Assembly (NCBI GenBank): GCA_044450345.1
Contig: JBIOIY010000006.1
Span: 29,696-93,695 of the forward strand
Length of the DNA stretch: 64,000 nt
Source of the DNA: Thermodesulfovibrionales bacterium
GTDB taxonomy: Bacteria > Nitrospirota > Thermodesulfovibrionia > Thermodesulfovibrionales > UBA6898
Direction: 5' to 3'
Shown: piece after piece, positions 19,221 through 28,487 of the stretch
Position numbering within the stretch: position 1 is the stretch's first letter
Layout: each line of letters opens with the position of its first letter
Made by a program: the position numbers and the translations under genes
Notes under the pieces: generated by a model
Database searches by the model: none
What the model saw: the letters and a program-made list of their open reading frames with translations, nothing else
What the model was told of the DNA's origin: nothing

Positions 19221-20168
19221 ATGACCGAATCTGAAGAAATATACGATGTAGTTATCATAGGCGGTGGTCCAGGCGGACTTTCCGCGGCGCAATATGCTTC
19301 CAGGTCGAGACTCAGAACGATAGTCCTCGACAAGTCAGCCACGGCAGGGGCACTTGCATATACCAGTCACATAGAGAACTATCCGGGACTTTTATCCCCG
19401 ATATCCGGCAAAGAGCTTCTCGACATCTTCCGCCGGCAGGCTATCAATTTCGGGACAGAGTACATTGAAACGCAGGTTGTCGGGGTAAAACTCGACTCTG
19501 ATGTCAAAGAAGTCTTCACCATGGAACAGAGCTACCGAGGGAAGGCGGTAATCATCGCAACAGGCTCAATGGGGCGGAAGGCCACCATAAAAGGAGAGGC
19601 CGACTTCCTCGGCAAAGGGGTAAGTTACTGCGCCGTCTGCGACGCCGCATTCTATAAGGGCAAAACAGTATGCGTCATCGGCAACTCGGAGGAGGCGGTA
19701 AAAGAAGCGGGGTACTTAACGAGGTTTGCCGAAATTGTCTATCTGATTTCACCAACCCCAAAACTCAAGATCGAAAGCCATCCCTCGCTTGCAGCAGAAA
19801 ATCTCAAGGTCATACCGGAAAGTTCCGTAATCGCTATCGAGGGCAGCGAGACCGTCGAAAAGATCAGGGTCGTCGGTCCCGATAGACAAGAGAAGGAAAT
19901 CCCGCTGTCAGGCGTCTTCGTGTATATCCATGGCAGCAGGCCGATAGTTGACTTCCTTTACGGGTCCCTTGAACTGACCGAAACGGAATGCATCGAGACA
20001 AGCCGTATGATGGAAACGTCCATGCCGGGAGTTTTCGCAGTTGGCGACGTGACCTGCACTGAGGTAAGACAGGTAGTGATCGCTGCTGCCAACGGCTGCC
20101 TCGCAGCACTCTCGGCTGAAAAATATATCCACCACCGGTCGAGACTCAAGTCTGACTGGGGGAAATAG
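19221..20168 (+). CDS. trxB: Thioredoxin reductase family FAD/NAD(P) oxidoreductase
   Basis: GGGPGG, GVSYCAVCD (CxxC) and GVFAVGD motifs; SD GGAGGA before ATG 19221. Confidence 0.85.
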   Translation: MTESEEIYDVVIIGGGPGGLSAAQYASRSRLRTIVLDKSATAGALAYTSHIENYPGLLSPISGKELLDIFRRQAINFGTEYIETQVVGVKLDSDVKEVFTMEQSYRGKAVIIATGSMGRKATIKGEADFLGKGVSYCAVCDAAFYKGKTVCVIGNSEEAVKEAGYLTRFAEIVYLISPTPKLKIESHPSLAAENLKVIPESSVIAIEGSETVEKIRVVGPDRQEKEIPLSGVFVYIHGSRPIVDFLYGSLELTETECIETSRMMETSMPGVFAVGDVTCTEVRQVVIAAANGCLAALSAEKYIHHRSRLKSDWGK

Positions 20169-20178
20169 GGTTCCCGGC

Positions 20179-20718
20179 TCAGAACCAATATTCCGGGTAT
20201 TTTCTGGACTTTGAGAGATTATTCACGACGAGTGCAATGAGCAAGAGGAGAACGGCGCCGAGACCTGCGGGAACAAGTGCATAGAGGAAGCCCAGGTCAT
20301 GCACCTTTTTCCCGCCTATGACCGCTATCAAGGCAGTTGCACCGCCGGGCGGATGGAGCGTCTTCGTGCACAGCATCACCACAATAGAGAGGGAGACCGA
20401 CATCGCAGAGGCTATCCAAAGCGTATCTCCGAAGAATTTATAGCATACGACTCCGACAAGTCCTGAAAGGATATGCCCCCCGAGGAGATTTCTCGGCTGC
20501 GCAAGGGGGCTCTTTATTGCGGCATAAACAAGGACGGCAGAAGCACCGAAGGAACCTATTATCAGACTCATATCCCTCGGTTCAAAATATTTTGCAGAAA
20601 TATATCCACATAATGCTATCCCCACTGAGGAGCCGAGCCATGCCCACAGTATTTCGGTCATTCCGACGCCGGGAGGGCTCTTTGCCCCGCCTTTTATCTT
20701 CACAAAGAAGCCTGTCAT
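20179..20718 (-). CDS. HPP family membrane protein
   Basis: FGASAVL, SPLAQPRN and HPPGGA motifs. Confidence 0.92.
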   Translation of the reverse strand: MTGFFVKIKGGAKSPPGVGMTEILWAWLGSSVGIALCGYISAKYFEPRDMSLIIGSFGASAVLVYAAIKSPLAQPRNLLGGHILSGLVGVVCYKFFGDTLWIASAMSVSLSIVVMLCTKTLHPPGGATALIAVIGGKKVHDLGFLYALVPAGLGAVLLLLIALVVNNLSKSRKYPEYWF

Positions 20719-21314
20719 TTTTTTGCGACCGCCCTCACGATATCGGTCCTTGAGACGATGCCGACCAGCACGCCCCTGGAGTCTACCACGGGAAGTCTCT
20801 TGATCCTTCGTTCTTCCAATATTCCTGCGATCTCCAGTATGAGTGCGTCGGGTGTGGTCGATATAGCGGGAGATGACATAACTTGCCTAACGGTATTTCC
20901 GGCCTTGTTTCCCGGCACAGACTCACCAAGCAGGCGCGCCACGATATCCTTGAAGGTGTGCCCCCTTTTCATCCCCATGACAGAGAGGATGTCGGCCTCT
21001 GTGATTACACCTAGGACACGATTTTCCTTATCTACGACTGGCAATCCGCTCACCCTGTGACCTGAAAGGAGCATTATCGCCTCTTCGATATCGGCATCCT
21101 CATTTACAGCCACCGCCTCGATCGTCATCACTTCGGACACCTTCCTATGAAGGGCCGGCCTCTCCTTCGCATGCCGGAGGGCGAGAGAATAGATCTTGAG
21201 GAGATCTTCTTCGGTCACATCGACATACGTCTTCATATCGCTGAGGGCCGCCCTCAGATCCTCTCCGGAAATCTCTGATTCCTCTGTCCTATCGTCCATA
21301 GCCCAAATGCTCAC
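20715..21314 (-). CDS. CBS domain pair protein (ATG 21299 is an alternative start)
   Basis: Two CBS repeats (LPVVD..LGVITEADI; LPVVD..VGIVSRTDI); ATGA overlap with the HPP gene. Confidence 0.9.
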   Translation of the reverse strand: MSIWAMDDRTEESEISGEDLRAALSDMKTYVDVTEEDLLKIYSLALRHAKERPALHRKVSEVMTIEAVAVNEDADIEEAIMLLSGHRVSGLPVVDKENRVLGVITEADILSVMGMKRGHTFKDIVARLLGESVPGNKAGNTVRQVMSSPAISTTPDALILEIAGILEERRIKRLPVVDSRGVLVGIVSRTDIVRAVAKK

Positions 21315-21352
21315 TCCGAAACTGCGGCATGACCAAAAAACGTCTATGTTTT

Positions 21353-21395
21353 AGCTTAGTACAAAACTCAGGCTAAGGATATGACGTGCATCATA
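21353..21395 (-). promoter_or_regulatory. Putative class II Crp/Fnr-family activated promoter
   Basis: Palindrome TATGA-N6-TCATA at 21380-21395; -10 TAAGCT at 21358-21353. Confidence 0.55.
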
Positions 21396-21405
21396 CGGAG
21401 CAGAT

Positions 21406-21438
21406 AAAAAAAGGGCGATGGAAATTCCATCGCCCTTT
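21406..21438 (-). terminator. Intrinsic terminator at the end of dsrP-ferredoxin
   Basis: Perfect inverted repeat AAAGGGCGATGGAA/TTCCATCGCCCTTT followed by a U-run on the minus strand. Confidence 0.88.
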
Positions 21439-21460
21439 CAAAAAATTAGAGATTCTTTTC

Positions 21461-21646
21461 TTACATTTCAGTAAGAGTGACCGCGCTCGTTGAGCATACA
21501 CTAGTACAGGTCTCGCAGCCTTCGCAGAGATCAGCCTGCTCAGCAAATGCCTTTCCGTCCTTCATTACAAAAACACTGACAGGACAGTTATTTACACACT
21601 CTTCGCAAGCCTCGCATTTTGATGCGTCCACAGAAACTTGATACAT
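21461..21646 (-). CDS. 2x[4Fe-4S] ferredoxin
   Basis: CEACEECVNNCP and CEGCETCTSVC motifs; strong SD. Confidence 0.93.
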   Translation of the reverse strand: MYQVSVDASKCEACEECVNNCPVSVFVMKDGKAFAEQADLCEGCETCTSVCSTSAVTLTEM

Positions 21647-21728
21647 GATACAATCCTCCTTTAAGTCATTAGCCAGAGAGTTCTGGTTTTTCTAATTATA
21701 AATAATTTTCTTTATAAAATCCAGTAAT

Positions 21729-22892
21729 TTATTCGTGGTATCCGCCTTCTTCCCTGACAGAGATAGCAACCTTATAGAGTACGGTCAGGACCAGGAACCC
21801 GATCGCCCAGACACCGAGCGTAATCATCGCCTCAGGCGCGGTCGGCCAATACTCCGTGATGCCCTCGAACATGTTGGGCACAAACCCGCCGATGACCAAC
21901 CCAAACCCTTTATCTATCCAGAGAGAGATGAAAAGTGATGCGCAGGCAACTGCAAGCAGGTTTTCGTTCTTGCGGAAACCGGGGAAAACCAGAAGAAACA
22001 GCGCGACCACCGCAAGGATACTGGAAGTCCACATGATCGGCACGAGTTTATCATGCCCTTCAATCCCGGCATAGAGGTACCTGAAGGGACTAATGTGACC
22101 GGGGATATTGCTATAGAAAGCAGTAAAGAACTCGAGCCCAAGGAGAAACACGTTGGCGAACATGGCATACGTTACGATCTTTCCGAGCGCCTGGATCGGC
22201 TCCTGTCCCGGATCGAATTTCGTCAGCTTTCTGACGAGAAGGGCCAGGATGATCAGCAGCGCCGGGCCTCCGGCAAAAGCGGATGCGAGAAACCGGGCTG
22301 CCATCACGGCCGTCAGCCAGAAATGCCTGCCGGGGATACCCGCATACAGGAAGGCCGTAACCGTATGGATACTGACCGCCCACGGTACCGAAAGATAGAT
22401 AAGGGGCTTTACCCATTGGGGCGGATGCACTCCTTTGCTGTCTGCGGCCAGCGTAGTCCAACCGATCACGATATTCAGCACGAGGTAGCCCATTAACACA
22501 ACGCTATCCCAGAACATAACCGAGTTTGGTGTGGGATGAAGAATAACGTTTGTTATCCTCATCGGCTGTCCCATGTCGACAAAGATAAAGAGGATGCACA
22601 TGATCACGGCCGAGACTGCGAGGAATTCACCCAATATAACTATCTTCCCGAATTTCTTGAAATCATGGAGATAGTACGGAATGACGAGCATCACCGCAGA
22701 GGCGGCAACCCCGACCAGAAAGGTGAACTGGCCGATATAGAGTCCCCAAGACACGTCGCGGCTCAGTCCGGTGATACCCAGACCATAGCTGAACTGTCTG
22801 AGGTACTGGGTCATGGCTATGCCGATGACTACCAGCAACACGCCTATCCACAGCCAATATCGTTTACTTCCAATAAGAGCTTTCTCGAGCAT
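21729..22892 (-). CDS. dsrP: DsrP (NrfD/PsrC family membrane subunit)
   Basis: Polytopic membrane protein with VSWGLYI and SIHTVTAFL; last gene of MKJOP. Confidence 0.92.
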   Translation of the reverse strand: MLEKALIGSKRYWLWIGVLLVVIGIAMTQYLRQFSYGLGITGLSRDVSWGLYIGQFTFLVGVAASAVMLVIPYYLHDFKKFGKIVILGEFLAVSAVIMCILFIFVDMGQPMRITNVILHPTPNSVMFWDSVVLMGYLVLNIVIGWTTLAADSKGVHPPQWVKPLIYLSVPWAVSIHTVTAFLYAGIPGRHFWLTAVMAARFLASAFAGGPALLIILALLVRKLTKFDPGQEPIQALGKIVTYAMFANVFLLGLEFFTAFYSNIPGHISPFRYLYAGIEGHDKLVPIMWTSSILAVVALFLLVFPGFRKNENLLAVACASLFISLWIDKGFGLVIGGFVPNMFEGITEYWPTAPEAMITLGVWAIGFLVLTVLYKVAISVREEGGYHE

Positions 22893-23686
22893 TATTCCTT
22901 ACCTCCTATCACGTAGTAAATACTGGGCTGTGTTCCTAGTTCGGGTTTACGCCTGATCGTATACTTCGACTCTATGATCTTTCTCACCTCGGAATTCGGG
23001 TCTCCGAGATCTCCGAATACGATAGCCCCGTTCGATGCCTCAACACATGCCGGCATCTGCCCGATTGCCAGCCGTTCGTAACACATGGTACATTTCTCGA
23101 CAACACCGATCGTGCGAGTAGGGAACTGCTTGTTTTCCTTCTTGATGAAGGGCCGGGGATCACGGTAGTTGAAGCTCCTCGCCCCAAACGGACAGGCCGC
23201 CATACAGAACCTGCAGCCGATGCACCGGTGCATATCCATCATCACTATTCCGTCTTTGCGCTTAAAAGTGGCCTTGGTGGGACACACCCTGACACACGGC
23301 GGCTGTTCGCAATGGTTGCATAAAAGAAGGAAATTCTTCTCCTTCATCTCCTTGTTCATATACTCGTCTTCCGTGGATGTGGGGAACGTACGCTCGTAGT
23401 TGTCCTTCCAGATCCACTTCACCTCGTCTTTGGGATTGCCGATGTCGGGCACGTTGTGGATGCTGTGGCAGGCGTCGACGCACTTCTGATAATCTTCAGG
23501 CGTCCTCAACTTGCTCACGTCGATGACAAAACCCCATCGTTTGGCCGTAAGGGACCTGGGATCAGGATGCGTCTGTGTCGCCTCCAATATCTTTCCTCCC
23601 ATGCCGTTAAGGACAGCGGGGCCGCCGATCCCGAGCACGGTCGAAACTCCGGCTAGTTTTAAAAATTGTCTTCTATTTATGCTCAT
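22892..23686 (-). CDS. dsrO: DsrO iron-sulfur subunit, Tat-exported
   Basis: NRRQFLK Tat signal from ATG 23686; CNHCEQPPC and CIGCRFCMAAC motifs. Confidence 0.92.
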   Translation of the reverse strand: MSINRRQFLKLAGVSTVLGIGGPAVLNGMGGKILEATQTHPDPRSLTAKRWGFVIDVSKLRTPEDYQKCVDACHSIHNVPDIGNPKDEVKWIWKDNYERTFPTSTEDEYMNKEMKEKNFLLLCNHCEQPPCVRVCPTKATFKRKDGIVMMDMHRCIGCRFCMAACPFGARSFNYRDPRPFIKKENKQFPTRTIGVVEKCTMCYERLAIGQMPACVEASNGAIVFGDLGDPNSEVRKIIESKYTIRRKPELGTQPSIYYVIGGKE

Positions 23687-24093
23687 GACTCTTTCTCCTT
23701 CGGTGCGATGTGGCAACTGAAGCAGTATGGGTTCACCCCGATATAATTGTGGCATTTATCGCAGAACTCTTTTTTATTCGAATGGCAGTTCAAGCATGTG
23801 TTCTGAAGACTCATGGTGAAACTCTTGCCTCCGGAATTCACATAGATACGATCGCCGTTCCGGACGACCGAGTCACGCCACTGGTTGATCATCTGCATAT
23901 GTTCCGCCCTCATAAACGCCTTGGGTTCAACACATTCCTTCTTGCCATGCTCTTTTTCCCATTGGAGTATCGCCGGCGTGTCGAACTTCAGCTCGGGCTT
24001 TGCATTGGCCTTGCCGAGGTTATAATAAAAGGGGAACGCGAAGATTGCCACGAAGGCAATCACCACCCCGATGACTATTTTTCCTGAGTTCAT
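23683..24093 (-). CDS. dsrJ: DsrJ triheme cytochrome c
   Basis: N-terminal TM helix, CVE..FMR.EHM, three CxxCH. Confidence 0.92.
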   Translation of the reverse strand: MNSGKIVIGVVIAFVAIFAFPFYYNLGKANAKPELKFDTPAILQWEKEHGKKECVEPKAFMRAEHMQMINQWRDSVVRNGDRIYVNSGGKSFTMSLQNTCLNCHSNKKEFCDKCHNYIGVNPYCFSCHIAPKEKES

Positions 24094-24094
24094 C

Positions 24095-25714
24095 TCAGTT
24101 GCCCTCCTTTCCCGGCAGGGGATCACCGCGTAAGTTGGTCTCCCTCTCCTTTTCGCCTTTCATAATCAGGGCATTGGCAACCATTTCGTGTATGCCCGTG
24201 ACCCGCACACCCGGGACCCAGTAATCCATGGAGGCCGAAAGCGTGGCCCTGTCTATCGCACAGATATTCGCAAGCATATTGACGCCATGCTTGTCCTTGA
24301 CGTGCTTCACTGCATTGGCCCTCGGGAATCCGCCTCTCATCCTGAGTTCCATATTTTCACTTGCGTTGAGGCCCGTACCACTGCCGCAGCAGAACGTCTG
24401 CTCCCTGATGGTATTCTCAGGCATCTCATGGAAGTGGTTGCAGACGTTCCTGATAATATAGCGCGGCTCTTCCAGAAGCCCCATTCCCCTTGCGGTATTG
24501 CAGGAATCATGGTATGTCACCACGAGGTCATCGTTCCTCGAAGGGTCGAGTTTCAGTTTGCCGTGTTTGATAAGGTCTGCCGTGAACTCAGCGACATGGA
24601 TCATCTTGGTTGACCTGGCATTTTCAAACTTAGTCCCGGTTATAGGGGAAACCGGCACCTCCATGAAATCGGTCGGGCCATTCCAGGTATCCATATATTG
24701 ATGAAGGACACGCCACATATGTCCGCACTCCCCGCCGATGATATATTTCACGCCAAGCCGTTTGGCCTCGGCGTATATTTTTGAGTTGAGCCTTTTAGCC
24801 ATATCATTAGACGTGAAGAAGCCGAAATTGCCGCCTTCGGATGCATAGGTAGACCACGTGTAGTCAAGACCAAGTTCGTGAAAGAGTGCGAGGTAGCCCA
24901 TGCAGGTGAAGGTGCCGGGATCGGCAAAGAGGTCGCCCGAGGGGGTAACAAAGAGTATCTCTGCGCCCTTCCGGTTGAAAGAGGGGTTCACCCTGACCCC
25001 AGTGACGGTCTCTATGTCGTCGATCATGCCCTCGATGCTGTTCATGATGGCGTGGGGCTCGAGACCCAGGTGATTGCCCTTCATATAACAGTTGGCCACA
25101 GGCCCTGATATCCAGTCAGTATTCAATCCAAGCAGGTTCAGAAGCTCCCTGCACATTATCGTTATCTCAGCGGTATCAATACCGTAGGGACAGTAGAGCG
25201 AACAGCGGCGGCACTCGGTGCACTGGTATGCATAGTACCAAAGCTCTTTCAGCACATCGACGGTCAGTTCCCTGGCGCCCGCGGTCTTTCCGAGGATCTT
25301 TCCTGATGTTGTGAAATATTTCCTGTAGACCGACCTTAGGAGTTCAGCCCTCCCCACGGGCATGTTTTTGGGGTCCCCCGAGCCGATGAAGAAGTGGCAC
25401 TTGTCGGCGCATGCACCGCACCTGACACAGATGTCCATGAAGACTTTGAAGGAACGGTATTTACTAAGGAGGTCCTGCATCCCTTTTAAGAATATCTCCT
25501 GCCAGTTCTCCGGGAGTTTCCAGTCCTCATCGGACGGGTTCCAGTCCCTCGCGTTTGGGAACTCTACGGTAGCGAGGTTCTTTCCCTTTGCGCCCCAGCA
25601 GAATGTCCCCGGTTTTATTACCGTCGGGGTGTCCATCCACTCGGTCTTGGGCGGGGTAAAATCTATAGAAGTTACCAGTTCAGCGGGTTTTGGAGTAGTT
25701 ACTTTTGTCGCCAT
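24095..25714 (-). CDS. dsrK: DsrK (HdrD-like Fe-S subunit)
   Basis: CVRCGACADKC, CTECRRCSLYC, GECGH, HDSC and CCG motifs. Confidence 0.94.
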   Translation of the reverse strand: MATKVTTPKPAELVTSIDFTPPKTEWMDTPTVIKPGTFCWGAKGKNLATVEFPNARDWNPSDEDWKLPENWQEIFLKGMQDLLSKYRSFKVFMDICVRCGACADKCHFFIGSGDPKNMPVGRAELLRSVYRKYFTTSGKILGKTAGARELTVDVLKELWYYAYQCTECRRCSLYCPYGIDTAEITIMCRELLNLLGLNTDWISGPVANCYMKGNHLGLEPHAIMNSIEGMIDDIETVTGVRVNPSFNRKGAEILFVTPSGDLFADPGTFTCMGYLALFHELGLDYTWSTYASEGGNFGFFTSNDMAKRLNSKIYAEAKRLGVKYIIGGECGHMWRVLHQYMDTWNGPTDFMEVPVSPITGTKFENARSTKMIHVAEFTADLIKHGKLKLDPSRNDDLVVTYHDSCNTARGMGLLEEPRYIIRNVCNHFHEMPENTIREQTFCCGSGTGLNASENMELRMRGGFPRANAVKHVKDKHGVNMLANICAIDRATLSASMDYWVPGVRVTGIHEMVANALIMKGEKERETNLRGDPLPGKEGN

Positions 25715-25716
25715 TT

Positions 25717-26709
25717 TCACTCCTTCTCGACCGGCAGACCGGCCTTTTTCATTTTTTCTCTGAAGTCGTTTTCATACTCTTCATAAGTATGGACATGCAC
25801 CGGATGGTTCCACGGGTTGATGTGTCTTACCTCCCTGCTGTTGTTGGCCATGTTCCTCGTCGGGCTGAGGAAAACACCGCCCATGTGCATGAGCTTGCTC
25901 ATAGGGAAGTAGGCAAGCAGGGTGCTGACGAGGAAGAGGTGGATATAAAAGACAGGGCTGATGCCTTCCGGGATCGTCGGACTAAAAGAGAGAAGCCCCA
26001 TCACAAGTTCTTTTACGCCCACTACGTGCACCTTGGTAAAATACCGCATAAAAATGCCCGAGATGGCGATACCGAGTATGAGAAACAGGGGGAAATAATC
26101 AGCAGGAAGGGATATATACTTTATCTGGGGCATTAAGACTCTTCTTAAAAACAGAAACGTCACCGCCCCCACAAGGACAACGTCTGTCATATAGAGCAGC
26201 GGGGCGCCGATTTGCAAGAAACTGTCCAGCCCCTCTATCGTCTTTATGACGAATGGTACATCCAGCATGAAGAACCTAAAATGTCTTACAAAGATAATAA
26301 GAAACGACCAGTGGAACGCGAGCCCCGCGAGCCAGAGGAACTTCTCTGACCCGTAGGCGAGCTTAGTGCCGGGATAGAGCTGCGTCTTCGTGTTCCTGAA
26401 AAGAGAACGGAAAAAGAACACTTCGAGCACCATTCTCACAAACACAGCCCCGGGCGTCGACGGGTTGTCGATCTTATTCGCCTTGATCCAGGGCGCGAAG
26501 GACTTCATCTGCCCGGCAGTAGTCGGGATGCGGTAAGGCACCGGCGAGTTTCCCCACTTAAACACTCGGACCACAAATCCTATGATGAAGATCGCAACGG
26601 CAATATATGGGATAATAATCCCGAACACGGACTGGAGGTTCGCCTGCACCCCCACAAATGCGATCACGACAAGCGCTATGACGGTAAATAAGGGCAGCAA
26701 GATTTTCAT
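25717..26709 (-). CDS. dsrM: DsrM (NarI-like cytochrome b)
   Basis: PYRIPTT, FHW...RH and SKLMHMGG.FLSPTRN motifs. Confidence 0.93.
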   Translation of the reverse strand: MKILLPLFTVIALVVIAFVGVQANLQSVFGIIIPYIAVAIFIIGFVVRVFKWGNSPVPYRIPTTAGQMKSFAPWIKANKIDNPSTPGAVFVRMVLEVFFFRSLFRNTKTQLYPGTKLAYGSEKFLWLAGLAFHWSFLIIFVRHFRFFMLDVPFVIKTIEGLDSFLQIGAPLLYMTDVVLVGAVTFLFLRRVLMPQIKYISLPADYFPLFLILGIAISGIFMRYFTKVHVVGVKELVMGLLSFSPTIPEGISPVFYIHLFLVSTLLAYFPMSKLMHMGGVFLSPTRNMANNSREVRHINPWNHPVHVHTYEEYENDFREKMKKAGLPVEKE

Positions 26710-26747
26710 TGAGTTACCTCTTTTTCTTTTGCGTTATCATCATTGCT

Positions 26748-27275
26748 TTAGGTGAGACCGTCTTTTTTATCCTCGCCCTCACCAATATCGTTAACTCTCT
26801 GCAATAACCTGAAGGTCATATTCCTCAATTCGTTTGCCTTGATATCGTATAGCTTCTCACGGCACTTCATAAACAGGTCGAACGAGGAAAGCGCCAGGGC
26901 ATCGATTCCGGCCTCAAGCGAAAGAACCTCCTCATAAGGGATGTTTCCCTGGAAACTCTGTCTAAGCTCCTCCCGTATCACCTTCTTCAGGGAGAAGATA
27001 AAGGAAATCGCCTTGGACGGCGAGAAATCCTGGACAGCCCTGACCCTGATAATGTCGTCCAGAAATTCGAAAAGATCGCCGGAAACCGGACTGATCAGCT
27101 CGTCAAAGATTTTTTCTATCCCCTGATAAATGGTATGCCCTACAGGATTGGCAAAGGGATTCTTTTGGTTTCTCAGGAAAGTTGAAGTATCAGCTGGATA
27201 CGTTTCCAGTACAAGATCGAACCACTTCTTAAGGATATCGGCTCTTTTCTCAGAGAGGAACTTCTCAAGTGTCAT
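26748..27275 (-). CDS. dsrT: DsrT (RsbRD N-terminal domain)
   Basis: FANPVG and IIRVRAVQDFSPS motifs; directly upstream of dsrM. Confidence 0.9.
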   Translation of the reverse strand: MTLEKFLSEKRADILKKWFDLVLETYPADTSTFLRNQKNPFANPVGHTIYQGIEKIFDELISPVSGDLFEFLDDIIRVRAVQDFSPSKAISFIFSLKKVIREELRQSFQGNIPYEEVLSLEAGIDALALSSFDLFMKCREKLYDIKANELRNMTFRLLQRVNDIGEGEDKKDGLT

Positions 27276-27402
27276 ACGATGTGAACGCCGCTCCTGAGGA
27301 TTTCGAAACTATCGTATCCCTTGTAAGAGCACTTTCCCGGTGTCTTGTCAAATGTCGAGTGTCGTACCTTCTCTTTCATCGTTATCAATTGAGACAGAAC
27401 GT

Positions 27403-27477
27403 TTCTCCCCTCATCCGACCCTCGGGGTCTCGACGAGTGAGAGAACGGCACCCCACCGGGTTAACGATGGAGTGCCG
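27403..27477 (-). terminator. Tandem hairpins downstream of dsrC (terminator or stabiliser)
   Basis: CGGCACTCCATCG/CGGTGGGGTGCCG followed immediately by a second long stem. Confidence 0.55.
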
Positions 27478-27501
27478 CGTCAAATACTGCTTACACAAGA
27501 A

Positions 27502-27837
27502 CTATACGCAGCCAGTAGGTTTCGGAAGGCCAGCATACCTACAAGCCTGTTTTGCGGGTCCGGCCGGATAGAGCTCGTACAGGTATTTTGTATTGCCTTT
27601 TTCAGGCCCCATAGCCTTTCCGATCTCTTTGACAAGGATCTTGATCATCGGAGCTATCTGATACTGCTTGTAATATTCTCTCAGAAAGTTGATGACTTCC
27701 CAATGAGCATCGGTAAGGGCAAGTCCATCTCCCTTAGCCAGTTCTTCGGCCAAATCCTTGGTCCAGTCGTCGAGGTTCAAAAGATAACCATCATCATCAA
27801 CCTCGATCTGTTTTCCTTGAAAATCCATAGTCGGCAT
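27502..27837 (-). CDS. dsrC: Sulfur carrier DsrC
   Basis: C-terminal ACRYAGLPKPTGCV retains both conserved cysteines. Confidence 0.96.
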   Translation of the reverse strand: MPTMDFQGKQIEVDDDGYLLNLDDWTKDLAEELAKGDGLALTDAHWEVINFLREYYKQYQIAPMIKILVKEIGKAMGPEKGNTKYLYELYPAGPAKQACRYAGLPKPTGCV

Positions 27838-27992
27838 TTTTTCTTCCCCCTTTCTTCATTAAATATTAGGTTTCCAAATTTTGAAGGGACCAACTCCCAA
27901 CAATTCGAAACAAAAAACTCTCTGTAAACGACACACCTCTGTTCAAAATACCAGAATCAATATAATCTCACAATTATCAAATCGAGCTATAA

Positions 27993-28059
27993 AAAATAAT
28001 ACAGATACCCATGCCCGGTCAAATAAAAAAAACTTATCGATCAATCACCTTTATTTATT
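27993..28059 (-). promoter_or_regulatory. dsrC promoter with conserved upstream motif
   Basis: TTGACC-18 nt-TATTTT; 28017-28059 matches 33487-33529 at 34 of 43 positions. Confidence 0.55.
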
Positions 28060-28130
28060 TCTTTAAAATCCATTGGTTTTTCAATTACTCACCGCTCCGA
28101 AACTGATCCGTTTGCCAACAAGACAGATGG

Positions 28131-28487
28131 CTACGCCACAGGTTTATTGATGAGAAGAAATAAAAAAACAGGAGAATTTTTCCTGCGTTTCGGGTCTCCA
28201 CCTAACTTGTTACGCCTGCGGTCAAAACCAAGCTCCATAACCGTGTAGTCTTTATCAGGGATAAGGCTCCAGGCCTTGTCCATGTCATCATTACATGCAA
28301 GCCCGAGCGCATCTATATATGCGTCACCAAGACTATGCCCGGTACTGTCATACACATAGACCGCCCCGCATTGGCACTTTCCGCCTTCAAAGGAACTCCC
28401 GAACCTCGCCTTTATTTCGCCGGGAGGATCCAAAGGGCGGCTGCAAAACGGACAATCCAACGATGAACCATTAGCAATTCCTGCCAT
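28131..28487 (-). CDS. Hypothetical Zn-ribbon-like protein in the dsr cluster
   Basis: CPFC...CQCGAVY motif; abuts the upstream gene's stop codon. Confidence 0.75.
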   Translation of the reverse strand: MAGIANGSSLDCPFCSRPLDPPGEIKARFGSSFEGGKCQCGAVYVYDSTGHSLGDAYIDALGLACNDDMDKAWSLIPDKDYTVMELGFDRRRNKLGGDPKRRKNSPVFLFLLINKPVA

